Made by a program: the position numbers and the translations under genes
Shown: one piece after another, positions 47,278 through 59,718 of the stretch
Position numbering within the stretch: the stretch's first letter is position 1
How the letters are laid out: each line of letters opens with the position of its first letter
Notes under the pieces: model-generated
The model's input: the letters and a program-made list of their open reading frames with translations, nothing else
Databases searched by the model: none
Told to the model about the DNA's origin: nothing
NCBI RefSeq assembly: GCF_964355755.1
Contig: NC_092671.1
Span: 34,730,304-34,794,303, forward strand
Length of the DNA: 64,000 nt
From: Antedon mediterranea
Lineage: Eukaryota > Animalia > Echinodermata
Direction of reading: 5' to 3'

Positions 47278-48824
47278 CATAGCGTTTTCAGGGAATTTCA
47301 GGACATCATGTTAATATAATTACAATTTGCAAAATTGTTTTGATTGCCTAAAATTCATCGAAGAAAACACCACAGTGTATAAGCATTGGCACACTGCCCA
47401 CGTCTGCACCACCGTTTTCCGCGCGGTGCAGTCCCAGTTCTAATGATAAGTTTTTTCGACGGACTTTATTAAACGGTGACAAAAATGTTTTTATTTTCTT
47501 TCTCATAACAACATTATCCAATACGACCCTCCGTTCAGGAAGTAGGCCTACGATCATTCTTTAATTAACATGGTGTCCCCTGAATGAAAACGCTATATGT
47601 TACTTTTTTTTACGATCTGCTCATGGTCACGATTGCAAGATGACTTCCCTAGCACAAAAACCGTCTATACAATTTAAAAAAAAGAAAATCATCTACCAGT
47701 ATTCTGGATAAGTCATAATGGACGGTTTAATTTAATTTAAAACAGATTTTCGTCTCCTACTATAAAGTGGAGCCTTATTTTAATATAGGGAAACTCATAC
47801 TAGAAATAAAGTGTTTCTATCTTTTAAAACGTTTTCAATTCATCTTAATTCATATTATAAATGTGTATTGAGTGACGTGTGTTTATGAAAATTGTCATAA
47901 GAAAAATATTAACAACAAAGTATTCTGTCGGCAAAATGTCTTGTCGGTCGATTGTCTGCCGATTATTAGTTTTGTCGGCCAATTGTTTGTCGGTAAAATG
48001 TCCTGTCGGTCGATTGTCTGTCGGCTTGTTTTCTGTCGGCGGTTGTTGGCAAAATGTCCTGTCGGCAAAATGGCTTATCGGCCAAATGTTATGTCGGCGA
48101 AATGTCCGGTCGGCGGTCAAAAGGACCGGGTCGCCGAATAGTCGGCCAGTCACCGTCATCTTAATATGAATAAGTATCTTATTATAATTTGAGTGAGGGA
48201 AAAACCTTATTGTTATTATAAAACTCGTTATTTGAACGGATGACGCCCTAAGAACATCACTGTATACAAGCAGTTCCATGTAAAGATTTTATAATAATAT
48301 TGTAATGCTATACATAATTTAAAAAACAACAGTGTTTCATTAGTCATTTTCAAATGTTGGTCTGTTCTTGTATTTTTCTCCTTTAATCAAGAAAATGTGA
48401 AATTGTAAACGGTGCACACACACAAAATTGTATTTACTTAAAGTGTCACAAAATCGTGTCCCGGTCTGTACCAGATATATTGAGGGAATGATTGTTGGAG
48501 GAAAAAGTTGTGTTTTATCATACTTCCTTTCTATTTAAAAGTTATAAAATGTTTTTTAAACGAATTTACAGCACACAATACACAACATACCTTGAATTTT
48601 CGACACGTTACACATGTCTTCAGAGAAGAATCCTATATTTATATTTTTACCAGCACGTATGAACTTTCATTGTAAACAATTGATTATAGGCCTATTTTAT
48701 TCCAATTATTGAAATTCGGTTTGTGTTATTCTAGTCGAGGAGGAGAGTTCAATGAGGGGGTACTCTTCATTGTGTCAAGTACGTCCCCACTCTGGAGGTT
48801 CATCAAATTTATTACCTGTCCTCA

Positions 48825-49583
48825 TCAAACTAAAGATTCATTGGTTGGCTCCTCCATCGCAGCCATGACGTCATCGTAAGTCGGCGGAATACTGTCTGTG
48901 TCATCGTCATCGCGGATTTTACTAGATGTTACTTCCCCGTAAGAGGGCGGCAGATCGGTAATGCCAGAGGTAACACATCTGAAAGTAAAAATGAAACTTA
49001 GTCTAACTTCGTATAAACTTATATTTGTTTAGTATGTAAACCCATTATGCTAATTATAGCTTTTTAATATTGTGTGTTCGGTTAATTATTAATGACTATT
49101 ATCAAGTAGTGTACATCTACACTACTAACACTCTTGACCATTTTGATCAACATACCTTCTTGAATTTAAGCGATCATAAAAACATTCACGACACGGACTC
49201 AATCTTTCACTGGACGAATAACTAGACCTACTAGGACGAGTTGCTACAAAATATGAAAAAGACATTCGTCCAATAGGTTCTTGTGGCCGATTGGGGGGCG
49301 GCGGCGCGACAGATACATGGCTGGTTTGTTGATCTCTGAGACTTGGTTCCTGACTGGCTCGCTTTTGACAGTAGGCGACCAGAATGAACATCACAAAAGC
49401 AATTATGTATGAAGGATAGACGAATAAAAAAGAACCAATACCGATAAGTGGTAGTATGGTAATCGTAATCAAAACGATGATATAGACAGAGTAAAACCAA
49501 TGGTAATTCCAAGATTCGGTTGTGGCACCTGCAGCACTGTCTTCTTCACCTCTCATCATTCTGGTCGCAATACCAGTATCCAT
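48825..49583 (-). CDS. TM-PY gene D, about 193 aa (older paralogue of C1/C2)
   Basis: Exons 49583-49156 and 48978-48825, phase 2 (AG|gtatgt ... tttcag|A). Hairpin then VAYC. Exon 2 has LPPSYGEV and IPPTYDDV and ends ESLV*. Confidence 0.83.
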
Positions 49584-49710
49584 GACCAAAAGTAACCCTG
49601 AGCATCAGGATTTACAATCCATTAGTTGTTTGTATACAGGCCTAGGATGCTGTATGTAAACCTAAGGGCTGTATTAAAAGGAATGATACAATTCATCTGA
49701 CTGATCAAAA

Positions 49711-49726
49711 TGACTAATCAATTTCC
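49711..49726 (-). promoter_or_regulatory. Conserved upstream element of the C/D-type TM-PY genes
   Basis: TGACTAATCAATTTCC is identical at 33113-33128, 41084-41099 and 49711-49726. Function is inferred only. Confidence 0.45.
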
Positions 49727-50140
49727 TTTTCACATAATCACTAAGTCCCTGATGCTATACCCGCAATTTAATCTTACAACAGGTCTTAAACCGGGTGTGT
49801 TGCGACCGGGGTTTGATATTTTAGACCTGTTCTATGATGAGTAATTAGAAAATAAATTAAGCGCTCAGAAACTAGGCGAAATGCAGATACATTTTATAAG
49901 CATTTGTGACGTCACCAATATATCGATTTGTATCAAAATCAATAAGAATTTTCTGTTGGTATAATATTAAAGGGCAATAACTTGTCCCTATATTCAATAA
50001 ATAGCTTTAATTGATTGACTTTAGTTGATTACGGGTTTGCTAATTGTATAAATTAATGGGTGTCATATTGGCTTATGATCAAAATATTATCTATTAATCA
50101 GATTGTTTTGTCAAAATCACCACATACCTCATAAGGAAGT

Positions 50141-50332
50141 GGAGCTGTAGCTTGGTGGTACGTGCTTGCCTTCCAATACCAATGGTCAGGGTTTAATCAG
50201 TGACCTAGTGCCAGTGTTGTAACTCACGACTCCACACTCTAAGCCTCAAATGAGACTACCAATCTGTAGTTTATACATCCTGTAATTTGGCGATTTACTC
50301 GCTGATATGTTATGATGCGTATGAAGAAGAAA
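50141..50332 (+). mobile_element. Decayed tRNA-derived SINE
   Basis: A-box-like tagcttggtgg, degenerate B box ggtttaatc, and a gaagaaga/A-rich tail. Confidence 0.45.
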
Positions 50333-50354
50333 ATAATTAAAGATAAGTGGTCTA

Positions 50355-50562
50355 TGTATTACACCAGTCATACTGGAGGTCCCTGATGATCAGTTTCTTT
50401 GGGCTATGTACTACTCCAGTCATATACTGGAGGTCCCTGATGATCAGTTTATTTGGGCTATGTACTACACCAGTCATACTGGAGGTCCCTGATGATCAGT
50501 TTATTTGGGCTATGTACTACACCAGTCATACTGGAGGTCCCTGATGATCAGTTTATTTCGGC
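50355..50562. repeat. ~52-bp tandem repeat x4
   Basis: ccagtcatactggaggtccctgatgatcagttt starts at 50364, 50416, 50470 and 50522. Confidence 0.95.
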
Positions 50563-51545
50563 TGGAAATAAATAAATATAATACATACACCTTTACTTTC
50601 AATAGGGAAAACACACAATTATACAATTTTGGAAAATTTAGAAGTGGATCTTCGAGTATCTAATGAAAGATTGCACGCAACACGAAACATAGAATTAGTA
50701 GGCCTAGAATATTTTTAAAGACGTAAAATTCTAGGTTTAGTATGCCTATTATACCAGTTCATGTTGGAAAGGACGTAGGTACCAAACAAATAAAAGTATA
50801 TATGCATGTATACATTATCACCATTTATGATCGTTTACGGGACATTGCAAAATTAATAATTACACTGTAAACAGAAAAGGTGACAAGTCGACCGGAGAGA
50901 AAATGTCTTAATTGTCGAGAAATTGACTCTCATAGACACAAAGATGCAACACACAAACAGGATTAATGTTACTACTACAACATTATGAAATTGTACTATG
51001 TATAGTACATTTTGGTCTATTAATAACTTATTATTATTAGTATCATCACATTCTATTGAACTTGAAATGACAAACGTGTTTACAAGGACAAATCGTACAA
51101 GTGCGTAATAATCCCAACAGTGACTCGGTGACCCAGTGCCCGTTATTACTGATACGAACTTTGATCAAACTTTCTTTTGATGGCTCAATGTGGATCGAAG
51201 CGATTGCAGAGAGATAACAATTAGGCCTAGTATCACTTCGAATTTTCATCACGCAGTACACGGGAAGGGGTTTCATCATCTGCTTGTATGTAGTCATAGA
51301 AGGTCGGAAAGAAGGTGTTCTTGGGTAGTGGATGTTTTTAACTAAGCCACTGGGTTTCGCCTAACGTGCTTGCGTGTTTTAGTCATCGCATGCAAAGACC
51401 CGCTTTAGATGACTTATTATAGGATGCAACAGTCTTTCCTAACAGTAATTTTGAAAATCTATTATAACTAGGCCTCTACTTCTGGGAGAAGGATTGTATA
51501 CAGAAAACCTGCAGCACACCATCGGGAATTACTAAATAGGTTGAA

Positions 51546-53404
51546 ATGTCAGACGTTGACGACGACGTTCCAGAAAACAATTCTGATAGGACATTATCAA
51601 AAACGGAACGTTTCTACTCCGTCGGAATCTTCGTAATTTTTGTTTTATGCATTGTGGGTATTTGGCAACCTTATGTGCTGGTTGCCGGCGTTTCGCTGGG
51701 ACTTATTTTAGTAGTTGTTCATTTAATCGTTCAAAAGTATTGTCGGAATACTGAAGACAAGAACATTGATTTGGAAGCAGCAGCAGCAGACGTGTGTGAA
51801 CGGAGCTCTAAGGAAGACGTATGTGACGACCTCTTGTGTACAACTGAAAAAGATGAAGGAACTAGGCTGGCGCAGTCTTCGCGAAGGAAGTCAACTCTAC
51901 CGTCTGTAACGGAAGTGGAGATTGCCAGTCATTTCTTTCACCAACTCGGTGCTATTACGGAAGAAGTTCCAGTGGAGGATTTAGAAGACGAGGGTCTGGG
52001 AAATGATGCATTTGAAGTGTAAGTCATTATTCAAGAAATAGTTTTCATTATAATGTTTTGTTATTCATTCAAGTCGAGTTTCTGCCTCGTATTAGTGCAG
52101 ACAAAGCTTGAGTCCGGTATCTGTGTACCATCGTGCAGTGGAGCCTCCTCCATACCAGGGACACATCTCAGGGTACACTCTTTTTAAAGGGACACTTTCA
52201 CATGAAACGAATAAGGCCAACATAATATTATGTTTTAACACTACGGCCAAACCCTATCCATGAGACACACGCCTTTATTTAGTATTAAGGTGAAGATGTC
52301 CCTTAATCTATTTTAAATGTGCAGGTGGTCATTGTTGATGAAGTTCCAATACTTTCCAATACATAAATAGGTGTAACTGAACTGATTCAAATGGACCATG
52401 TGTCCCTTGTTGAAGAGTTGTTATGTTGTTTATTTTCTTTGGTGTAACACAATAAGCTAACTAAGATAAGTTAATAGAAAGGGTGGAACCAACATAATCA
52501 TTATTTAATTACGACAAGCCTTACTTAGTTTAACATGAAAGCTAATACTGTACATGATCCGGGTGTGCATGTAACCGTTAACCATTTCCAAAACTTCGTT
52601 ATAATTGAATGCAAACTATTTTCTGTACGGTGATTCACCATTTACAAATAAAATAACAATTTCACTTAGTGCGGATAGCGCTTCATTATGACGCATGATA
52701 GCTGAATTATTAGGCCTAGGGACGAATGGTTAGCGTTCACAACAACATATTTATATAATGCCAATTCAAATTAAATATGATAAGTAGGTCTATCATCTTA
52801 GCGTTTATAGACATTCTGATTTTCTTCGTTTAATATTACAGACAACAAAGCACATAATCTGTAGCTTACCGAAATGACAAACGTGACAATATTAGTAAGC
52901 GCGTGCCGCGTGAGATAATGCACGTGTTTATGCAAATGTGTACACGGGTGATTTTTCTTCTATCGCCAAACAGTTGTGGAGCTTATTAAAGTGTACCGTG
53001 GTGAATGTGGTCGGTCAGAAACTTAAGCTCTGTCTACATTATCAAACTTTATGTGACAAAATATTATGGGACGTCACATCACCACTTATTTTGGCAAATT
53101 ACTACCATATTTGGGAAAAACTTTTTTTTTGTTTGTACTTAATAAAAGTCAACGTACCTAGGCCTACATGTGGACATTGTATTCACTAGACAAACTTCCT
53201 CTCGACAACAAACACAACCGTGGAACCATGGGGAAATCTGCCCGTAGTGTTAAAACTTATTATTGGCTTTCACGACGTTTCATGTAACAAGTACTTCCTT
53301 TTAAAAACTCTCATTTTGTTTTGAATTTTAGTGATATAGAAGACGTTACATGTGGGACATCACCTCCGACATACTCAGATTGCCGATTCTTTTACTATCA
53401 ATAG
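51546..53404 (+). CDS. TM-PY gene E, about 181 aa
   Basis: Exon 1 51546-52018 (hairpin then QKYC; donor GT|gtaagt, phase 2). Proposed exon 2 53332-53404 (ttttag|T) reads VDIEDVTCGTSPPTYSDCRFFYYQ*. Exon 2 is less certain than exon 1. Confidence 0.65.
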
Positions 53405-54549
53405 GAAGAAAGGAGGAGTGACGCCGGTACGGCACGTGGTAGATGGTATCAACAAATCTGGCGCAATACTTCTATGATGGCAATATCCCTGGCTGGGTCC
53501 TAGGGAAAATTCCGGTTTATTCAATGACGTCATATTTATGTTATAAATTCAAATTCAAAATTTTATTAACATTCACCTTAACATCAAGGTATGGTTAACA
53601 ACAACATTTACAAAAATAAACAAAGAAATAAAAGAAAAAGCAATAATAAAAGCATTCAATGAGCATGTATGTTGCATAATGGTCGCTCAGTATCAGTTAT
53701 AATACTGTAAAAGGTTATACCTGGTGTTTGTCTGGGGTGGGGTAAGGGGATTAATAATTAAGTACGCCAATATAGGCATGGGGAACCTGGAAGTCAAATA
53801 GGAATAATTGTACTTTAATAGCAGGGTACTGTACATCTTGTACACACAATATTCCACCTTACTGCATGAGTGTGAGAAACAACTTTTATCAGATTTAAAC
53901 ATGAAAACCAAAGTGGTCAAAAAGCAGGGCGTCTGCATTATGAAACAGAAGACCTGTGGTCGAGTCTCGATCCATTTGTGTTATTCAATCTCACATTGTG
54001 TCTTTTTTTTACCGTTTCGTATCTACTTTTTCTCCCTTTACAATTTATTTCATATAGGGTAAATCATGCACTATGGTTTGCATTAATGTTCTATTATGAA
54101 CAAATGCTTGGCTAGAAAAGGACAAACTGTAAAATATATCAATCATGATAGACTCGCATAAGAATTAGGTATACTGTAGTGAGTAATGGTTAAACTTAAA
54201 TTAAATTATACAAAAATACTCCAGTTAGAAGTTTTACGGGAATGGTAAAGGATGTGTTAATTGTCCGTCCATCAGCTGCAAATATGGAATATCACATCCG
54301 AATGTATATAATGTAATATAAACAATGTAGATATTATTAAATTAAAAATAATTTTCAACTGGTTGAAACCATGTGTCAGTGTGTATTCATTCGTCAGTGA
54401 CTTTGCGAAGTTAGTTCAGACGTTAATAAATGCAGTATCTTTTGCTTCTTGCACGCAAGAGTCAACTTTTAATGATTCGGGACGCTGCGAAGTGCGATGT
54501 TGATGAAAGCGGAAGGCAACAGCTTTTGCACGCAAGTGTCAACTTGTAT

Positions 54550-54867
54550 GCTTGGTTCCTATTAGGACGCAACGCAAGGAAGTAGACGCAACGCAAGTGA
54601 CAACGCGACTGTTCGAATAATAAATCGCCTGTGATTGATAAAATCACTTACGTTGCCTTGCGTCCTACTAGTGGGAACCAACATTTAAGCTTGGTTCCCA
54701 CTAGAACGTAACGCAAGGACGTAAACGCAACGCAAGCGTTTTAACCAATGGCAAGCGAAGTTATAGACAGTTAGCAATCACAAGCGAATAAGCCATTGCT
54801 TGTGATTCGTCAATTCACTTGCGTTGCGTTACGTCCTTGTGTTGCGTCGCTAGTGGGAACCATGCTT
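54550..54867. mobile_element. Two adjacent Harbinger-like MITEs
   Basis: TIRs gcttggttcccactag ... ctagtgggaacca with cgcaa/ttgcg interiors. They are embedded in a degenerate gggacgctgcgaagtgcg tandem array running ~54460-55110. Confidence 0.65.
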
Positions 54868-55836
54868 TAGTGTTGCAGGGGGACGCTGCGAATTGCGTTC
54901 AGACGTTGATGAAAGCGGTAGGCAACAGCTTTTGCACGCAAGTGTCAACTTTTAGTGTTGCAGGGGACGCTACGAAGCGTTCAGACGTTGAGCGCGCAAG
55001 CGTCAACTTTTAGTGTTGCAGGGGGACGCTGCGAAGTGCGTTCAGACATTGATAAAAGCGGTACAGCTTTTGTACGCGCATGTCAGTATTTCGTACACGC
55101 GCATCAACCTTTACAGATTTTGCCAGTGACACCGCGAAAAAGAAATACGGTGCACTCAGATGTTGTTCTGTACGCGCACCACTTTTTCGGTCTCGCATCA
55201 CCGACTATTTGGATGTTGAAGTGTTTATCCTTACCTTTATAAACAGTGATTAATAATTACTAATAGATTATAACCCCTTTATTCCTGCTTCCATATCCTT
55301 TCACTTAATCTAATTATTTAGTACAGTAAAAACACGAGGCAACGAAAAAGGAGCGAAATTTAATTTAGGTTTTCCGGCATTTAATGACGTCTATATTAGC
55401 AGCGCCCTCTATACATGCATTCTATTTACAACAATTGATTATATTACAGATTTGTTTCGGAAATTATTAAAAATCACATAGTGATCACGAGTAATGTAAA
55501 CCACATTAAAACCCATGGCTATAGGCCAAGCTTTGAAGAAAAAAAACCCACACAATTCGTAAGCAATTACATATAAATTCAAGCATATTCTCATGTAGGC
55601 TATGCATAAATTATTCTCTTACTTAAAATAAGACATGGCCTATTTTAAACAAACTAATAATTTTTCCGACAATACGTAGTGGATTAACTGGCAGTGTGAC
55701 TTCTGGTGGTGACTGACCAATCAATCAGCATTTAGTAAAGCGCCAAATTCTCAATGACCTTTGCCATAGTGTAAAGTTAGATCGTGTGCAGGAATTAGAC
55801 TAAACTATCACATTCCTCCATGGTTTTTAGACAGTT

Positions 55837-55954
55837 AAGCTCCCTTTACACTATCAAACTTTATTTGACAACAAAATGTTAAACACATCACAGCCATATA
55901 TTTGGGCACATCACACCCCTTTTTTCAAACTAGTTTGATAGTGTAGACAGAGCT
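55837..55954. mobile_element. Harbinger-like MITE (family also at ~53025 and 57286-57456)
   Basis: Family TIR agctctgtctacactatcaaact / agtttgatagtgtagacagagct with TWA flanks; the left end of this copy is diverged. Confidence 0.6.
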
Positions 55955-56549
55955 TAATAATGTAATAACTTTATTCTAGAAAAACTTACTAAAATATTCG
56001 TTTATCACTGAAAACATTTCAGTACGATAAATGCATTATTCTGACAGTTGTTTTTTTTCTTAAATTAAATTAACTAAAAGTTCAATAACACTTAAAAAGT
56101 AAACCACACAGGCCAAAGAGCACATCACGTTAAACGCATTCGAAATCTAATCACCAATTTACATAATATAAATAAAATAGGTTGGGAGTTGTAGATTTAG
56201 TTTTGCGTACTTTGTGTTATGGTTATATAGATATGAAGATCACTGATAAAGTTGTCATCATTGAATCGAACTTTACAGTCACATACATAATAGTAATAGG
56301 CCTATTATAGATGATAACAGTACTGTAGGCATATCTTATCTCATTTACGTTCTATTTCGGTTAGAAGCACCGCCAAATAACGATACATTAAACGCTTCTC
56401 AATAAGCGACCATTGTTTAGAGGTACAAAGTTAAACATTAGTTCGTTTCGTAGTTACATGTGTTCTAATGACAGGAACACCTATTAACGGGACGGGACGC
56501 CTTCGGGACCCAACAAATCAAAACATGCATTTCCCTTCGTTTGTTTCAC

Positions 56550-56808
56550 GTGAATAAGGGTCTCCAATTAATATGGGTCTCCCATAAAAATAGTGGGCAT
56601 CCCGTGAATAGGAGTCTCCCATGAATAGGGGTCTCCCATCAGTAGGTGTCTCCAATTAATACGAGTCTCCCATGAATAGGGGTATCCCATTAATACGAGT
56701 CTCCCATGAATTGGGGTATCCCGTGAATACGAGTCTCCCATGAATAGGGGTCTCTCATCAATAGGTGTCTCCAATTAATACAAGTCTCCCATGTATAGGG
56801 GTATCCAA
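56550..56808. repeat. Degenerate ~16-bp tandem repeat (tctcccatgaataggg)
   Basis: Directly visible. Gives the spurious ORF at 56568-56774. Confidence 0.9.
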
Positions 56809-59718
56809 AGAAGTGGTCTCTTGGAAGTACACAGTTGGTATAGAAAATTAAAAAAACAACCTGTTCGTTAGTTTGAGTAACACCTAATTTCTAAGTAAAA
56901 CGGTTTTAAAATCTGACATTTAATTAGAGACATGGTGTTTATAAACGCCTTCACAATTAACAGTACTTCTTAACATAAATACAGTATTAAAACAACATGG
57001 TCATCTTTCAGATTGCACATGCAACATAAAAACGAGGGGTACGGTAACAGTTGCTGTCACCTGGCGCATAATTACAGCACATTACAGACGCACATATATA
57101 TATTTTAAAATGGAAATTAAACAAAATATTGACGATAATTTTGGTAAATAATTTTCTTTAGACTAGAACATGTTTAGCACTACCTTAATTTATAATAAAA
57201 CTTATCAACGATCTTTTAAACACACTGTTTACACGGCAAGTAAATAAAGTAAATACAGTATGGCGAGAAAGCGACATAAATGTAAAGCTCTGTATACACC
57301 ATCAAACTTTATGTAACCAAAAAAAATATATGGACATGATGTCATATCACTACCATATTTGAGCACATCACTACCATATTTAAGCATATCACTACCATAT
57401 AATTTGGGCAGATCACACATTTTGTGTCAAACTGGTTTGATAGTGTAGACAGAGCTTAACCGAACTACTTCGGAACAAAAACTTTGGCAGCTAAATGAAA
57501 CGTTCCTGTGGAAATTGTATAGACATATGTATACTGTTTTTTTTGTCAACATTTTTTCTAGCGATATAATATATAGCTCAAAAATGAAATATAATATACT
57601 AATAAGGGTTGGCAGTAGTGTTAAATCAAATACTTTCCCCTCTTATTTGGAGTGTCCCAACGGAAGAGTTCTACTGTGAATTATATCAACATATTTATCA
57701 ATAAATTATTTTTAGAATTTTGCAACACACAAAAACAAACAAAATATGAATAGAAATATTAAAATATAGTTAGCTTGCACACACACAACTATAGCGTTTA
57801 CTGATAATTCAGTATAAAATGCAACAATCACTTTTAACCTCAGTACTTGAGTACTGTTAAAACAATGTTAAAATGACTCATATTGCACTTAATAAATGAG
57901 ATGACTACCAAATATACTTTTATAATTATATCCCATATAAATATTAACTGACTTATGGTTTAAACTATTGCCTATATCACAATATGATTATAACACTTAT
58001 TTCTTGATTATTGAAACCCTATTCATTTAGGTTTGCTGAACAACTTAGTACTTACAGTATATGCAAATGTAATGTATATTGTAATTTGGAGACGCAACTT
58101 TTGGAATTTATCATATCATAAATTATTGACTTTTAAGTAGAAAAACAACAAAATCTTCAAATCATAAAAAACAGCATGTTCTGTAATTAAAAGATTGATG
58201 TTTTATTGGTGAAAAAGGCGAGAATGGAAATGAAGGCCTATACAGTAGGTATACTCCTAATCAAGTACAACAGCTTAACCATAAGACAACATAAAGGCAA
58301 TAGTTCAAACATAAGATATATAATCTCAATATTTGAGAATATTTCACTATTTAGGAATGATATTCGTCTTTTAATTTGAGGTAATCGAATCTCTAAATAA
58401 AATCTTTTAATTAAACAATGAAAACTTTTAAAAAGACCTAATCGAACCAAATAATGGTTTCCGATTTCATAGCAGAAAACCAAAACGCTAAAAATTGTTC
58501 ATTGATGAAATCGGATTTACATTCGTAGGAACGCATTTATATAGCAAGTACTTAGATAGTATGGCACACACTTTTATCATTATTTCTCCAATGAAATGAC
58601 TTTAAAAAAGTTCGCTATATTCCACACATGTATCTTGTAGCATATTTTACACAGTGATTCCTATGTACATCTAATAATGATGAAATGTATTATTTGTAAC
58701 TCGTACTTACTTTTTTTAATACCTTATTCATTTGTTTTATTATTGAATGAAAGAAAGAAAATAAATGTTTACGTTGAGTTGAGTTGAGTTGAATCAAATA
58801 TTCGAGGAAGACCAAAAGAAACAAATTATCTACCATATTAACACTTTCCAGATATAAATGGTAAAGTTATGAGGGCAGTTGGTGATTTTCATGGTTGATT
58901 GATCGCCTGTTAAAACGAGAGCCTAGCTATATTATAAGTAAACAAATAGCCCTTTTTACATAAGCACCACACATATGAACTGGTTTCTTTTTCTTCCTAC
59001 GCATAAACGTATTTATTGATCTAAAACCTGTTGAACTATCTGATAGAAACACACTAGTTAGATAACAAGAGATAGAGAGATAGATAGACAAGGGAACCAA
59101 GAAGACAACGCAGCTGTCTTGGATAAATATTGTGAACTGATAAAACATAAGTGCCGTCCAAATATAGAAATGATGTTATGAAATTTATTTCTAACAAAGG
59201 ACCTAATTAGGTCAATTAGAACAGCGTTTCTGAACCCGGAACTGCCGATCAAAGGGTGTATCATAACTTGATGGGTCTATTAGAAATTTTAGCTACCACA
59301 GACAAAACACAATTTTTGAATTGAATGTTTGATGGTGGTTATTGCTTTTGTGAACTCTTTAATTCAACTATTATGTTACTTTAGTTTATAACAATAATTT
59401 GGTAGGTTTTTTCCTATTGCTTGATAATGCAATTTCCAAGCAAACATATTCACCCCCTATCCCAAAAAAGGATAGGGCCAAGACTATGGTCTGCCTGATG
59501 ACCTCTGGGTCAAGCAAATTTACCTGGCATTTTCAAACAAACATTTACTCCTCGAATCACTTTACACTTTGAAACTGGAAAGAATTACACAACACAAACT
59601 AAAAAATACACTATTAAATTTGATCTTATCTGCCGAAGAGAGATTAGCACAGGATTTAAATACTAGCATATTAACAGGAAAATTTCTTCAATTGCATAGG
59701 ATATTGTGATATTCATCG

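Larger units (their letters stand above)
30018..48286. repeat. Tandem segmental duplication: unit 1 30018-37803, unit 2 37804-48281
   Basis: Collinear copies of gene B exon 2, gene C, the ZF gene and intergenic DNA. AAAGA is shared at both outer ends and at the junction. Confidence 0.93.

Noticed and set aside
50355-50562. C/D snoRNA array (TGATGA and CTGA in each unit)
   Set aside because: The boxes overlap within a simple tandem unit and there is no guide or terminal-stem layout.
55785-55830. Another P-like scar ending ttcctccatg
   Set aside because: Only one end is clear and there is no TSD.
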